This document shows positions 40,307 through 48,853 of a DNA stretch of 64,000 nt, piece after piece; within the stretch, counting starts at the first letter, position 1; every line of letters starts with the position of its first letter. The notes under the pieces are model-generated. The model had not been told where the DNA came from. It saw only the letters and a list, made by a program, of their open reading frames with translations, and ran no database searches. Source of the stretch: an uncultured Chloroflexia bacterium (lineage in GTDB: Bacteria; Chloroflexota; Limnocylindria; Limnocylindrales; CSP1-4). The translations under genes and the position numbers were made by a program. The DNA lies in assembly GCA_963719285.1 (NCBI GenBank), contig CAVRBO010000004.1, forward strand, positions 324,898-388,897, written 5' to 3'.

Positions 40307-41657
40307 GGGCGACGGCCTGTCGTCCGGCGAGCGCCTGCTCCGGAACGGCGGCGCGCCCCCGGATCAGGGGGAACCGGGCGACCGCGAAGGCCGAGCACAG
40401 CCAGAATTCCACGTTCGAGGCCAAGCTGCCGCTGAACAACGTGAACAGCCCGGTCGCGACGACGAGCGCCATGAGGATCGGCGAGCCGGCCGCCCCGCGG
40501 ACCGCGAAGGCCACCCACGGCACCACGAGGAGGATCCCGAGGACGCCCAGCTCGGCCGCGATCTCGAACACGAGGTTGTGGGGATACGTGTCGAAACCGG
40601 TCGCCGCGAAGCCGCCGAGCCCGACACCCAGGAACGGGTGGCTCCAGAACAGGCGCCCGGATTCGCCGATGTACGACGCCCTCGACGTGACGTCCGGCTC
40701 GGCCAGGAAGCTCGTCAGGATCGACGAGACCCGGTCGAAGAACCCGAGGCCGGCCACGATGCCGAGGGCCGTGGTGATCCCGATCCCGGCCCAGGCGAGC
40801 TGGATCCGCCGGTCGTGCCGATCGAACGTCCGGAGCTTCTCCGCGCCGCCTGCGCACATCCCGAGCACGAACCCGATCGCCGGACCACGCGACACGGGGA
40901 GGATGCCGGCGTACACGACGAGCGGGACGAGGAGCAGCTTCCAGCCGCGCGGGATCGGGGCGAACAGGATGACGATCGCGCCGATGAACAGGGCGCGTGA
41001 CTCCCAGATGGGATTCGCCCCGAACAGCGAGATCCGGCCCGGGTACGTGGGCGAGTCGGTCCCGAACGCCAGCATCGCCATGGCGGTCAGGACCCCGGCG
41101 ACGACGACCGGCCGCCAGTCGATGGACGACGTGGCCGGGGCGAGCACGAGGATGAACGCGGCGGGGATGAGACCCGCGAGGATCCAGACGCTGAGCTTGT
41201 CCGAGCCGAAGGCCGCGTCCGGCGACCAAGACAGCGACGCGGCCGCGAACGCGAGCAGCAGGAGCAGCGGCGCGAGCAGGGCGAGCCGCGGCCTGGCCTC
41301 GCGATGGAGCGCGAACGCCGCCACCGTGAACGGCAGGAACCCGCCCACGATCGCGGCGACGACCGACACGCCGATCTTGAACGAGAGGAGCAGGGTCCCG
41401 ATGGGCCCCACGAGGAAGATCGCTGCGACGAGCACCCACGAGGCGTTGAGGATCAATCCGAACCGGCTCATCGCGAGGGCGACCACGATGACGATCGCGA
41501 TCCCGAGCAGCATGAGCTGGAGCGAGAAGGACGGCAGCGCGGCGACGAGCACCCCGATCCCCCCGGTCGTGAGCAGGAGGGCGAGCGCCAGGCGGCTCAG
41601 CCCGATCGAGGGTCGCCCGAACGACGGCCGGCGGACCGTCGCCCTAACCGTGGACAA
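40299..41657 (-). CDS. O-antigen ligase / Wzy_C family polytopic membrane protein (polymerase, ligase or O-oligosaccharyltransferase)
   Basis: About 10-12 TM segments with a large extracytoplasmic loop. The Wzy_C-like region ...WSHPFLGVGLGGFAATG...YPHNLVFEIAAELGVLG is typical of WaaL/Wzy/PglL-type proteins. Confidence 0.7.
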   Translation of the reverse strand: MSTVRATVRRPSFGRPSIGLSRLALALLLTTGGIGVLVAALPSFSLQLMLLGIAIVIVVALAMSRFGLILNASWVLVAAIFLVGPIGTLLLSFKIGVSVVAAIVGGFLPFTVAAFALHREARPRLALLAPLLLLLAFAAASLSWSPDAAFGSDKLSVWILAGLIPAAFILVLAPATSSIDWRPVVVAGVLTAMAMLAFGTDSPTYPGRISLFGANPIWESRALFIGAIVILFAPIPRGWKLLLVPLVVYAGILPVSRGPAIGFVLGMCAGGAEKLRTFDRHDRRIQLAWAGIGITTALGIVAGLGFFDRVSSILTSFLAEPDVTSRASYIGESGRLFWSHPFLGVGLGGFAATGFDTYPHNLVFEIAAELGVLGILLVVPWVAFAVRGAAGSPILMALVVATGLFTLFSGSLASNVEFWLCSAFAVARFPLIRGRAAVPEQALAGRQAVAHG

Positions 41658-42720
41658 GCTCGTCGAACAGCGCCAGGCGCTGCGCCTCCTTGACCGCGAC
41701 GTCGATGTGGGCGACGTCCGGACGCGGGACCCGGACGCCGCGCGAGCGGGTCACGAAGTCGTCGATGGCGTCCAGGGCGTCGATCACGTTGGTCTCCGTG
41801 TTGTCGATCCGCAGGGTGTATCGGCCGAGCGCGTCGGCATCGGGATCCGCGTACCCGTACAGGATGGGCAATCCTACCGCTAGATACTCGCGCACCTTGA
41901 GCGGGCACGCCTCGGTCATCGACTTGCGATGGAGGGCCAGGGTGCCGACTCCGATATCGGCCGTCGCGAGGACCTCGACCACCTGGGCCCGATCCAGCGG
42001 ACCGTGCCATGCGACGTTGGCCGGCGCCGGACCGCCGATCAGCGCCGTGTCCGCGTCGAGGCCCATGATGTCGAACCGCCAGGCGGGCCGCCGCGCGGCC
42101 AGCTCCACGAGCTTGTCGACGCCGTGCCATGGCTGGTCCGCCGTCCCGACGAAGGCGAGCCTCGGCGCCGGTCCCTCGACGGCGGGAGGGCTCGGGTAGG
42201 CCGACAGCTCGATCCCGTTCGTGACCACGCGATGGACGGCCCTGAACCCGGCGAAGCTCGGCTTCGCGCTCAGCTCCGAGGTGACGAAGACGAACCCCCG
42301 GGCCCGTCCGAGGAGCAGCCCTCGGGTGAGCCGGTTGTAGGTCGAACGGACGCGTGAGCCGAGCGCCGACTCGGCCTCGTCGTCAGTGTTCAGTTCGACG
42401 ACCAGCGGCACGCGCCGCGGGAACCGCAGCATCGGCGGGTAGAAGAGGTCCCAGCGCAGGTACACGAGGCTCGGGCGGAAGGCCCGCACGCTCTCGACCA
42501 GCCTGGCCATGGCCTTGATCCGCGAGAACGGGCTGTCGTAGCGGCGGACGACGACTTTCGTGCCGAGCCGCTCGGACCACGGGTCGTCGCGATCGCGCGT
42601 CGCGATGTACAGCCGGACCTCGTGGCCGGCGGCGGTCCACCGGTCGACCTGGCCGGCGACCTTGTGGAGCACGCCGGACCGGCGGGCGGCGTTGACGTGG
42701 GCGAAGTAGGCGATGCGCAT
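41644..42720 (-). CDS. glycosyltransferase (GT-B, GT4-like)
   Basis: C-terminal ...EACPLKVREYLAVGLPILYGY... motif. First gene of a run of overlapping minus-strand genes (GT, Wzy_C, GT4, CE4-like). Confidence 0.7.
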   Translation of the reverse strand: MRIAYFAHVNAARRSGVLHKVAGQVDRWTAAGHEVRLYIATRDRDDPWSERLGTKVVVRRYDSPFSRIKAMARLVESVRAFRPSLVYLRWDLFYPPMLRFPRRVPLVVELNTDDEAESALGSRVRSTYNRLTRGLLLGRARGFVFVTSELSAKPSFAGFRAVHRVVTNGIELSAYPSPPAVEGPAPRLAFVGTADQPWHGVDKLVELAARRPAWRFDIMGLDADTALIGGPAPANVAWHGPLDRAQVVEVLATADIGVGTLALHRKSMTEACPLKVREYLAVGLPILYGYADPDADALGRYTLRIDNTETNVIDALDAIDDFVTRSRGVRVPRPDVAHIDVAVKEAQRLALFDELVHG

Positions 42721-42810
42721 GGCGAGCCCGAACCTTACCCGACGGGTGCCCCCGGACGTGCCCGGTGGGCCGCACGACCGGTGCGCCGGTTCACCGGAAG
42801 TAGAACCGAT

Positions 42811-44065
42811 TCACCGGAAGTAGAACTGGAGGTCGGTCGGACTCTTGTCGAACAGGTCGGTCCAGCGCGAGCCGTCCGGCGAGCCCTGGGCGGTGCCCTC
42901 GCGGAAGGCGAACGACTCCAGCCCCACGTCCGTGCCCTCGCGGATCGGCGCCGCCGTGTAGGTGCTCGATGGCGCGGTCGTGAGCACCAGGTCGTAGGTC
43001 GTTCCGGCCGCCAGGGTCATGGTTGGGAACGTCACCGACGCCCAGACCGAGCCACCGTTGTCGCCACCGGCGGCCGAGGCCGGGATTTCGGTGGCGGCGA
43101 CCTCGCCCGACGCGAGGACCGTGTCGCCCTGGCGGATCGAGATGACGAGAGGGTCGGAGCCGGAGGAGCGCCGGACCCGGACCGCGGCCGAGCTCACGAT
43201 CCGGCCGTTGCCCACGACCGTGAAGTGCTCGCGCACGGACGCGGCGCCCGAGACGGTCCCGAAGTACTCGGTCATGTTCTGGACGTAGGCCACACCGTCG
43301 TGGCCGCCGTCGGCATAGGTGATGTCCATGTCGGCGGTGAAGTTGTCCTGGACCTGCCAATGGCCCGGGGTCGCATACAGGACCGCGTAGTCCGCGTCCG
43401 CCAGCCCGGGCTGGCGGGGCACCAGGGTGGGGCCGTAGACGAACAGTTCGTTCACGCTGATGTAGTTCGCCTCGGGATCGGCGTCGGTGTTCTCGAAGAC
43501 CACGTAGTAGAGCTTGCCCTTGGTCACAGGGACCGGCGCGGGCAGTTGCAGGACGTCGAACTTCGCCCACGCCTGGGAGGGGTTGCCCGGCGTGTAGTCC
43601 ACCGAGCCGAGGACGGTTCCGGACGGCACGCCGTCGGCGTCGGCCTGGATCGTGATCCTGATCGTCCCGCCCGTGCCGCCGGAGTAGACCGAGCCGCCCC
43701 GCTGGGCGAACCGGACGCTCAGGATCATCGAGCTCGTGCTCGCCCGGAAGCGGTGGGCGAGCCGCGCCCCGTCCGTCCAGCCGACCTGAAGGTTCGCCTT
43801 GGTGTCCACGTTCAGGGCGGTGCCGTAGATGCCCTTGACGGCTGGTCCGGGCGTCGCGGTGGGCGTGGGTGCCGGCAGGCTCAGGTGAGGCCGGCTCGCG
43901 ACGTAGTACACCCCGATCCCGCCGCCGACGACGACGACGGTCGCGAGGGCGGCCAGCGCCAGCCAGAGGCGCAGTCTGCGGGCCCTGCCGGGCGGTCCAA
44001 TGGGTGATGCTTCCAGGATATGTCCTGCCAGTCCGAGGTCGGCCCGGCGCGCGGATGCGCGTCAC
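42811..44065 (-). CDS. paralog A of the secreted-protein array (shortest member: RR signal anchor + PT linker + conserved ~340 aa C-terminal domain). N-terminus is ambiguous, with a possible 1-nt frameshift near 43985-44000
   Basis: Conserved domain GIYGTALNVDTKANLQVGWTD...DLQFYFR from the GTG at 43911. The same frame continues upstream as ...RARRLRLWLALAALATVVVVGGG (signal anchor) but with no ATG/GTG/TTG. An ATG at 44065 lies in the +1 frame (MTRIRAPGRPRTGRTYPGSITHWTAR...). So a frameshift or a non-canonical start is needed. Confidence 0.5.
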
Positions 44066-44173
44066 GGCCGGCCGCTGGTTCCGCGTCGCGCAGGCTGCGC
44101 GACGGACGGCTCGGTCAAGAGGATAGCGTGGCGACGCCGCGAACCCGCGGACGCCCGTCGCGGTCCGGGCATG

Positions 44174-44205
44174 GAACGAGGCCGGGCGTCGGCCCGGCCT
44201 CGTTC
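44174..44205 (-). terminator. perfect 14-bp stem hairpin (gaacgaggccgggc-gtcg-gcccggcctcgttc) 20 nt downstream of paralog B
   Basis: Seen in sequence. No U-tract, so it may also be a protein-binding palindrome. Confidence 0.35.
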
Positions 44206-44225
44206 GTTCCGCGCTGCGCGGGCGG

Positions 44226-46226
44226 CTACTTCAGGTAGAACTGCAGGTCGAGCTGCGCCCACTGGTAGAGGGCCGCCCAGGACGAACCGTTGGTCGTCCG
44301 CTGGGCCTGTCCATCGCCGAAGACGAACGACCGGAAGCCGACGTCCGTGCCCTCCCGGATGGGAGTCGCCGTGTACGTCGTCCCACTCGCCGTCGAGAGT
44401 CGGATGCTGTAGGTGGAACCCTTGGCCAGGGTATGGGTCTTGCCGAAGGATGCCCTGACCCAGACCTGGCCGCCGTTGTCGCCGCCGGGGGAGGTGGCCG
44501 GCACCGAGCTCGCCGGGATGCTCACCGAGTCGATGAGCGCCCCGGAACTGGACTCGAGCCGGATGATGAGCGGGCTCGAACCGCTCGACCGGCGCATCCG
44601 GACCGCGACGCTCGAGATCTTGCGACTGCTGCCGCTGACCTTGAACCGCTCCCGGACCATGTGGGTCGAGCCGGAGATGGTGCCGTAGTAGTCGATCTGG
44701 GCGGCCACGTAGCCGTCGCCATCGTGGACCCCGTTGGAGTACCCGACGTCCATGTCGGCGGTGTACTTGCCCATGACCGCCCACGACCCGCCTCCGTTGG
44801 CGAGCACGGCGTAGTTCGTGTCGGTCCAGCGAGGCTGGCGCGGCGAGAGCACGCTGCCGTAGACGAACGTCTCGTTGACCGAGATGAAGTTCGACCGGGG
44901 CGACGAGCTGGTGTTCTGGAACACGATGTAGTAGAGGTGCCCGGCCGTGAGCCTGGCCGGCTTCGAGAACGTGACCCGGTCGAAGGTGTTGATCCCGGAA
45001 CTGCCCGGGGTGTACGACGCCGACGTCAGGATCGTGCCTGACGGCCGCCCGTGGCCGTCGTCCGGCCTGACGCTGATGCGCATCGTGCCGCCGTTGCCGC
45101 CCGAGTAGCCGGCTCCACGTCGCTGTGCGAAGCGGACGCTCACGACATTGGACGTGGTGCTCGCCCGGAACCGGTGCGCGACCATGTTGTTGGCCGAGCT
45201 CGTGTCCGTGCCACCGACCTGGATCTGCGCCTTCGTGTCGGCGTTGATCCCGGTCCCGTAGAGGCCGGACGTACCGCCACTGGCGGCGACCGGCGGCGCG
45301 GCTGGCGGCGGTGGCGTGGCCACCGGGATCCCGAGCCGGACCTCGGCGGTCGACGTGCTCGTCGGATGGCCCGCGATGGAACGATAGAAACCGGAGCTGG
45401 ACGACTTCGTATCGGTCCGGCCGACCCAGCTGTGACCGCGGGTCGAGCTGAACGTCTTCACGTGGTCGTAGTTGCCCGAGGCGTTCCGCCACATCCGGTC
45501 GACTGACATGTTCTTCGTGAACACGCCCCGGATGTACGTGAGCGGGTAGTGGAACTGGTCCGCGATCACGGCTCCCGCGCCCGCGTAGAGGAACCCCGCG
45601 GCGTAGTTCGAGATCCGCTTCCGGGCGACCGTGAGTGACGGAGCCGACTGGCCCGGCTCACTCCCGCCCGAGGCGTACGCGGCCCGGGACAGGACGACCA
45701 CGGCGTGGGCGGACAGGTTGACTGTCCGGATGTACTTCTCGCCGTAGAACTTGATGGCCGTGCTGCCATGATTCTCGCGTGGATTGAGCCCGAGACCGTC
45801 CTCGCTCACCTGGTTGAGCTTGGAGCTGTAAGGGGACGGGAATCCGCGACCGCGGCCGATGTACACGACCAGCGATGCGCCTTCCATGGCGGCCTTGACC
45901 TTGGTCCAAGTGGCCCGCGGCGAGAAGACCGTGACGACATTCGATGTGTAGCGCCGGGCCTCGGTCGCGGCGGCGCGACCCCAGCTCAGGTTGGTCGAGG
46001 TCTGGGTACCGGCGGGGCCGACGATGATCGCGACTTTCGGCGCGACGGCGGCGGCGGCGGGGGCCGCGACCGCGAATTGGAGGCCCATCAGCGCGAGCGT
46101 GATGATCGCGCCGGCGATGAGCGGCCGGACGGGACGACGGGACGCCCTCTGGGCGCCGTTGGCGGTGGACCGCAATAGATTCTCCTCTCCACCAGAACAC
46201 CGCACGGCATGCGGCGACGGAGTCAT
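44226..46226 (-). CDS. paralog B of the secreted-protein array (RR signal anchor, unique ~330 aa N-terminal module, PPPP linker, conserved C-terminal domain)
   Basis: Start taken at MTPSPHAVRC (46226; CAT verified on the plus strand), giving ...RASRRPVRPLIAGAIITLALMGL signal anchor. C-terminus ...TSGLYGTGINADTKAQIQVGGTD...QLDLQFYLK is homologous to A, C and D. Confidence 0.7.
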   Translation of the reverse strand: MTPSPHAVRCSGGEENLLRSTANGAQRASRRPVRPLIAGAIITLALMGLQFAVAAPAAAAVAPKVAIIVGPAGTQTSTNLSWGRAAATEARRYTSNVVTVFSPRATWTKVKAAMEGASLVVYIGRGRGFPSPYSSKLNQVSEDGLGLNPRENHGSTAIKFYGEKYIRTVNLSAHAVVVLSRAAYASGGSEPGQSAPSLTVARKRISNYAAGFLYAGAGAVIADQFHYPLTYIRGVFTKNMSVDRMWRNASGNYDHVKTFSSTRGHSWVGRTDTKSSSSGFYRSIAGHPTSTSTAEVRLGIPVATPPPPAAPPVAASGGTSGLYGTGINADTKAQIQVGGTDTSSANNMVAHRFRASTTSNVVSVRFAQRRGAGYSGGNGGTMRISVRPDDGHGRPSGTILTSASYTPGSSGINTFDRVTFSKPARLTAGHLYYIVFQNTSSSPRSNFISVNETFVYGSVLSPRQPRWTDTNYAVLANGGGSWAVMGKYTADMDVGYSNGVHDGDGYVAAQIDYYGTISGSTHMVRERFKVSGSSRKISSVAVRMRRSSGSSPLIIRLESSSGALIDSVSIPASSVPATSPGGDNGGQVWVRASFGKTHTLAKGSTYSIRLSTASGTTYTATPIREGTDVGFRSFVFGDGQAQRTTNGSSWAALYQWAQLDLQFYLK

Positions 46227-46495
46227 GGGCCGCGCCAGCGACAAGATGGACGCAGGTAGGCGTAAGGCGGTGAGGTGCGATCGCACCCGACCACCTGCGG
46301 CGGCGCGGCATGTCTGCGGACGGACCTGCACACGGGGACGCCAGGCCGACCGTTGGACGCGATCCGGACTGAGCTGGCCACGTCGGTGAGCGACTGGCCC
46401 GTTCCCGGGATGTCCCGGCTCCCGGAGGATCACGGTGCCCTAGAGCAACGTCGGGATTATGGCGCATCCCGCCGGATCGCGTCGCGCCCCGGCGA

Positions 46496-48511
46496 TCAGC
46501 GGAAGTAGAACTGGATATCCACCGGGCTGTACTGGTAGAGGTCCGCCCAGGTCGTGCCATTGCCGGAGCTCTGGCCGGAGCCGTCCCGGAAGGCCGTGGA
46601 CATGAGGCCCACGTCGGTGCCTTCGCGGATCGGCGCGGCCGTGTACTCCGTCCCGGACGGCGTGGTGAGGCGGAGGTTGTACGACGTTCCGTTGACCAGC
46701 GTGTGCGCCGAGCCGAAGGTCACTCCGACCCACACCGAACCGCCGTTGTCGCCGCCCGCCGCGCTCGCCGGGACGGAGCTGGCGGCGACATTGGCCGAAT
46801 CGATGAGCGTGCCGGAGCCTGTCTCCAGGCGGATCGTGAGCGGGCTCGAGCCGCTCGTCCGGCGGACCCGGACGAAGGCCTTGCTGATCGTGCGGTCGCC
46901 GCCCGAGACCGTGAAGTGCTCGCGGACGGACGCCGAGCCCGAGATCGTCCCGTAGAGTTCGACGATGTTCGCGATGTAGGCCATCCCGTCGTGGACGCCG
47001 TTCGAGTAGGCGAGGTCCATGTCCGCGGTGTACCTGCCCTCGACCGACCAGCTCGACGGGGCGGCGGTCAGGACGGCGTAGTCGGCGTCGGCGAACGCCG
47101 GCTGGCGGGGGGTCAGGGTGGAGCCGTAGACGAAGAGCTCATTGACGCTGAAGTAGTTCCCGACGGGATTCGCGTCGATGTTCTCGAACACGATGTAGTA
47201 GCGCGAGCCCTTCGTGAGCGTGGCCGGCGACGGGAAGGTCACCGCGTCGTACGTGGTCCAGGCGCCGGACGGGTTGCCCGGCGAGTACGTGGCCGCGGCG
47301 AGCACGGTGCCGGACGGAACGCCGCTGGCGTCGGTCTGGACGGTGATCCGGTATGTCCCGCCGTTACCTCCGGAATAGATCGGCCCGCCGCGTTGCTGGA
47401 AGCGCACGCTCTTGAGCGCGGAGGTCGTGCTCGCGACGAACCGGTGGGCGACCTTCGCCCGATCCGTCCAGCCGACCTGCAGGTTGGCCTTGGTGTCGAA
47501 GTTGAACGCGGCCCCGTAGATCCCGCCGGACCCGGGCTGGGGTGTGGTCGTGGGATCCGGGGTCTGGGTCGCGCCCGGCGTCGCCGTCGGCTTCGCGGTG
47601 GGATCCGGCGTGGCGGTCGGGTCCGTGGTCGCGGTCGGATCGGGCGTCCCGGTCGGATCGGGGCTTGCCGTCGCGGTGGGATCCGGCGTCGCGGTCGGGT
47701 CCGCGCCGCTGGGCATGGTCGTGAACGTGAAGTCGGTCGAGACCGACAATCGGCCACCGGCGTCCTGCGAACGGACCCGGTAGTGATACTGCGTGCCGGG
47801 CGCGAGGCCCGAGACCTTCTGAGCGTGGGCGGTGTACTGGAGCGACTTCTCCGGCGCGGTCTCCTGGCCGTAGGCCGTCGTCGTGCCGTAGTCGACCTGC
47901 CCGGTGGCGGGTTCGTCCAGTCGCCAGGTGACGAGTGCCGCCGTGTCACTGACGCTCGTCGCCTTCACCAGGCTGATCGATGGAGGCGTCGTCCTTCCCG
48001 GGTTCTTGCGCGTGACCCGGACATTCACGGTCGTGACCGCGGGTGTGTGCGGGAGCGCCGAACGGGCGAGCGTGCCGGCGACGACCCTGACGGCCGAGGT
48101 GCGATCGACCCGCGAGAAGGTCGCGCTGTGGACCCCGCTCGTGGCCGTGCCGGGGATCCGCAGATGGCCGTGGAACGTGCCCTTGACGCTCGGCCAGACG
48201 AGCCGGATCGCCCTCGGGACCGAATCCCAGTGGACCTGGTAGACCGCATGGGCCTTGAAGCCGCGCCCGTCGATGATGACCGTCTGGCCGGGGGCACCCG
48301 ACCCGGTCACGGAGACCGTGGGCCCGCTCGCGGCGTTGTCGATGTCATCGGGCGCCGGTGATGCGCTCCAGGCGAGGGCCGGGACGAAGAGCAGGAGGCC
48401 GATCGCGACGGTGAGGATGGGCAGTCGGCGCTTCGAGCTCGATCGTCTGGCCGGGGTCGACGGCGCGACGGCCGGGTCGGTGACCCAGGCGGTTCCATTC
48501 CAGAACGTCAT
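46496..48511 (-). CDS. paralog C of the secreted-protein array (N-term MTFWNGTAWVTD tail, RR signal anchor, Ig/Fn3-like modules, Pro/Thr/Asp linker, conserved C-terminal domain)
   Basis: Fn3-like segment ...LVTWRLDEPATGQVDYGTTTAYGQ...SGLAPGTQYHYRVRSQDAGG..., linker TATPDPTATASPDPTGTPDPTATTDPTATPDPT, then GIYGAAFNFDTKANLQVGWTD...VDIQFYFR. Confidence 0.75.
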   Translation of the reverse strand: MTFWNGTAWVTDPAVAPSTPARRSSSKRRLPILTVAIGLLLFVPALAWSASPAPDDIDNAASGPTVSVTGSGAPGQTVIIDGRGFKAHAVYQVHWDSVPRAIRLVWPSVKGTFHGHLRIPGTATSGVHSATFSRVDRTSAVRVVAGTLARSALPHTPAVTTVNVRVTRKNPGRTTPPSISLVKATSVSDTAALVTWRLDEPATGQVDYGTTTAYGQETAPEKSLQYTAHAQKVSGLAPGTQYHYRVRSQDAGGRLSVSTDFTFTTMPSGADPTATPDPTATASPDPTGTPDPTATTDPTATPDPTAKPTATPGATQTPDPTTTPQPGSGGIYGAAFNFDTKANLQVGWTDRAKVAHRFVASTTSALKSVRFQQRGGPIYSGGNGGTYRITVQTDASGVPSGTVLAAATYSPGNPSGAWTTYDAVTFPSPATLTKGSRYYIVFENIDANPVGNYFSVNELFVYGSTLTPRQPAFADADYAVLTAAPSSWSVEGRYTADMDLAYSNGVHDGMAYIANIVELYGTISGSASVREHFTVSGGDRTISKAFVRVRRTSGSSPLTIRLETGSGTLIDSANVAASSVPASAAGGDNGGSVWVGVTFGSAHTLVNGTSYNLRLTTPSGTEYTAAPIREGTDVGLMSTAFRDGSGQSSGNGTTWADLYQYSPVDIQFYFR
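47530..47705. repeat. degenerate tandem repeats encoding the (D/T)PTAT(P/A) linker in paralog C
   Basis: Repeated ggtgggatccggcg / gtcgcggtcgg(g/a)tc units seen in sequence. Confidence 0.4.
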
Positions 48512-48517
48512 GCGATC

Positions 48518-48605
48518 GTGTCTCCGTTCGGCAGCCCGGCTGACTCAGGGAGTTCCGTGGCTTTGCGACCCCGTCTCGCGGCGGGTGTGCTATTTCGTGG
48601 GACAT
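48518..48605 (-). ncRNA. candidate c-di-GMP-I (GEMM) riboswitch in the 5' leader of paralog C
   Basis: Minus-strand RNA: CACGAAAUAGCACACCCGCC-GCGA-GACGGGGUCGCAAAGCCACGGAACUCCCUGAGUCAGCCGGGCUGCCGAACGG, followed by GAGACACGAUCGC-AUG. Matches remembered GEMM-I hallmarks: GCA(A/c)ACC before a GNRA-capped P1 hairpin, then GGG(A/u)CGCAAAGCCACGG, then AGCCGGG..CCGAA. A near-identical copy lies upstream of paralog D. Confidence 0.45.
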
Positions 48606-48783
48606 CGGATCGAGGACCATCCGGTCCGACAGGCCAACTCGCAGGATGGCCAACCACCATCCGCTCGGGTATGGGGTGATGGTCCCGGCGGCCGTGGGAC
48701 GAAGCGGGGCCCGGACCGACCCTGAGCGCACCGGTGTGGCACGCACGGCACAGCCCGCCTCATCCGGGCGCGCCGGGAATCGG

Positions 48784-48811
48784 ACCGCGGGACCCGTCGA
48801 TGGGTCCCGCG
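48784..48811 (-). terminator. hairpin ccgcgggaccc-gtcgat-gggtcccgcgg ~45 nt downstream of the paralog D stop
   Basis: 11-bp perfect stem seen in sequence, followed on the minus strand by the U-containing stretch UCCGAUUCC. Likely separates the D and C transcripts. Confidence 0.35.
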
Positions 48812-48853
48812 GAAGGAAGGTTTCGATCGCCGCCGGGCAGCGGCGTCCGGTGA

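Noticed and set aside
42791-44065. 424-aa ORF overlapping paralog A in another frame
   Set aside because: Only its first ~25 codons (from ATG 44065) are plausibly real, as the N-terminus of paralog A before a frameshift. The remainder is an alternative-frame artefact of the conserved domain gene.
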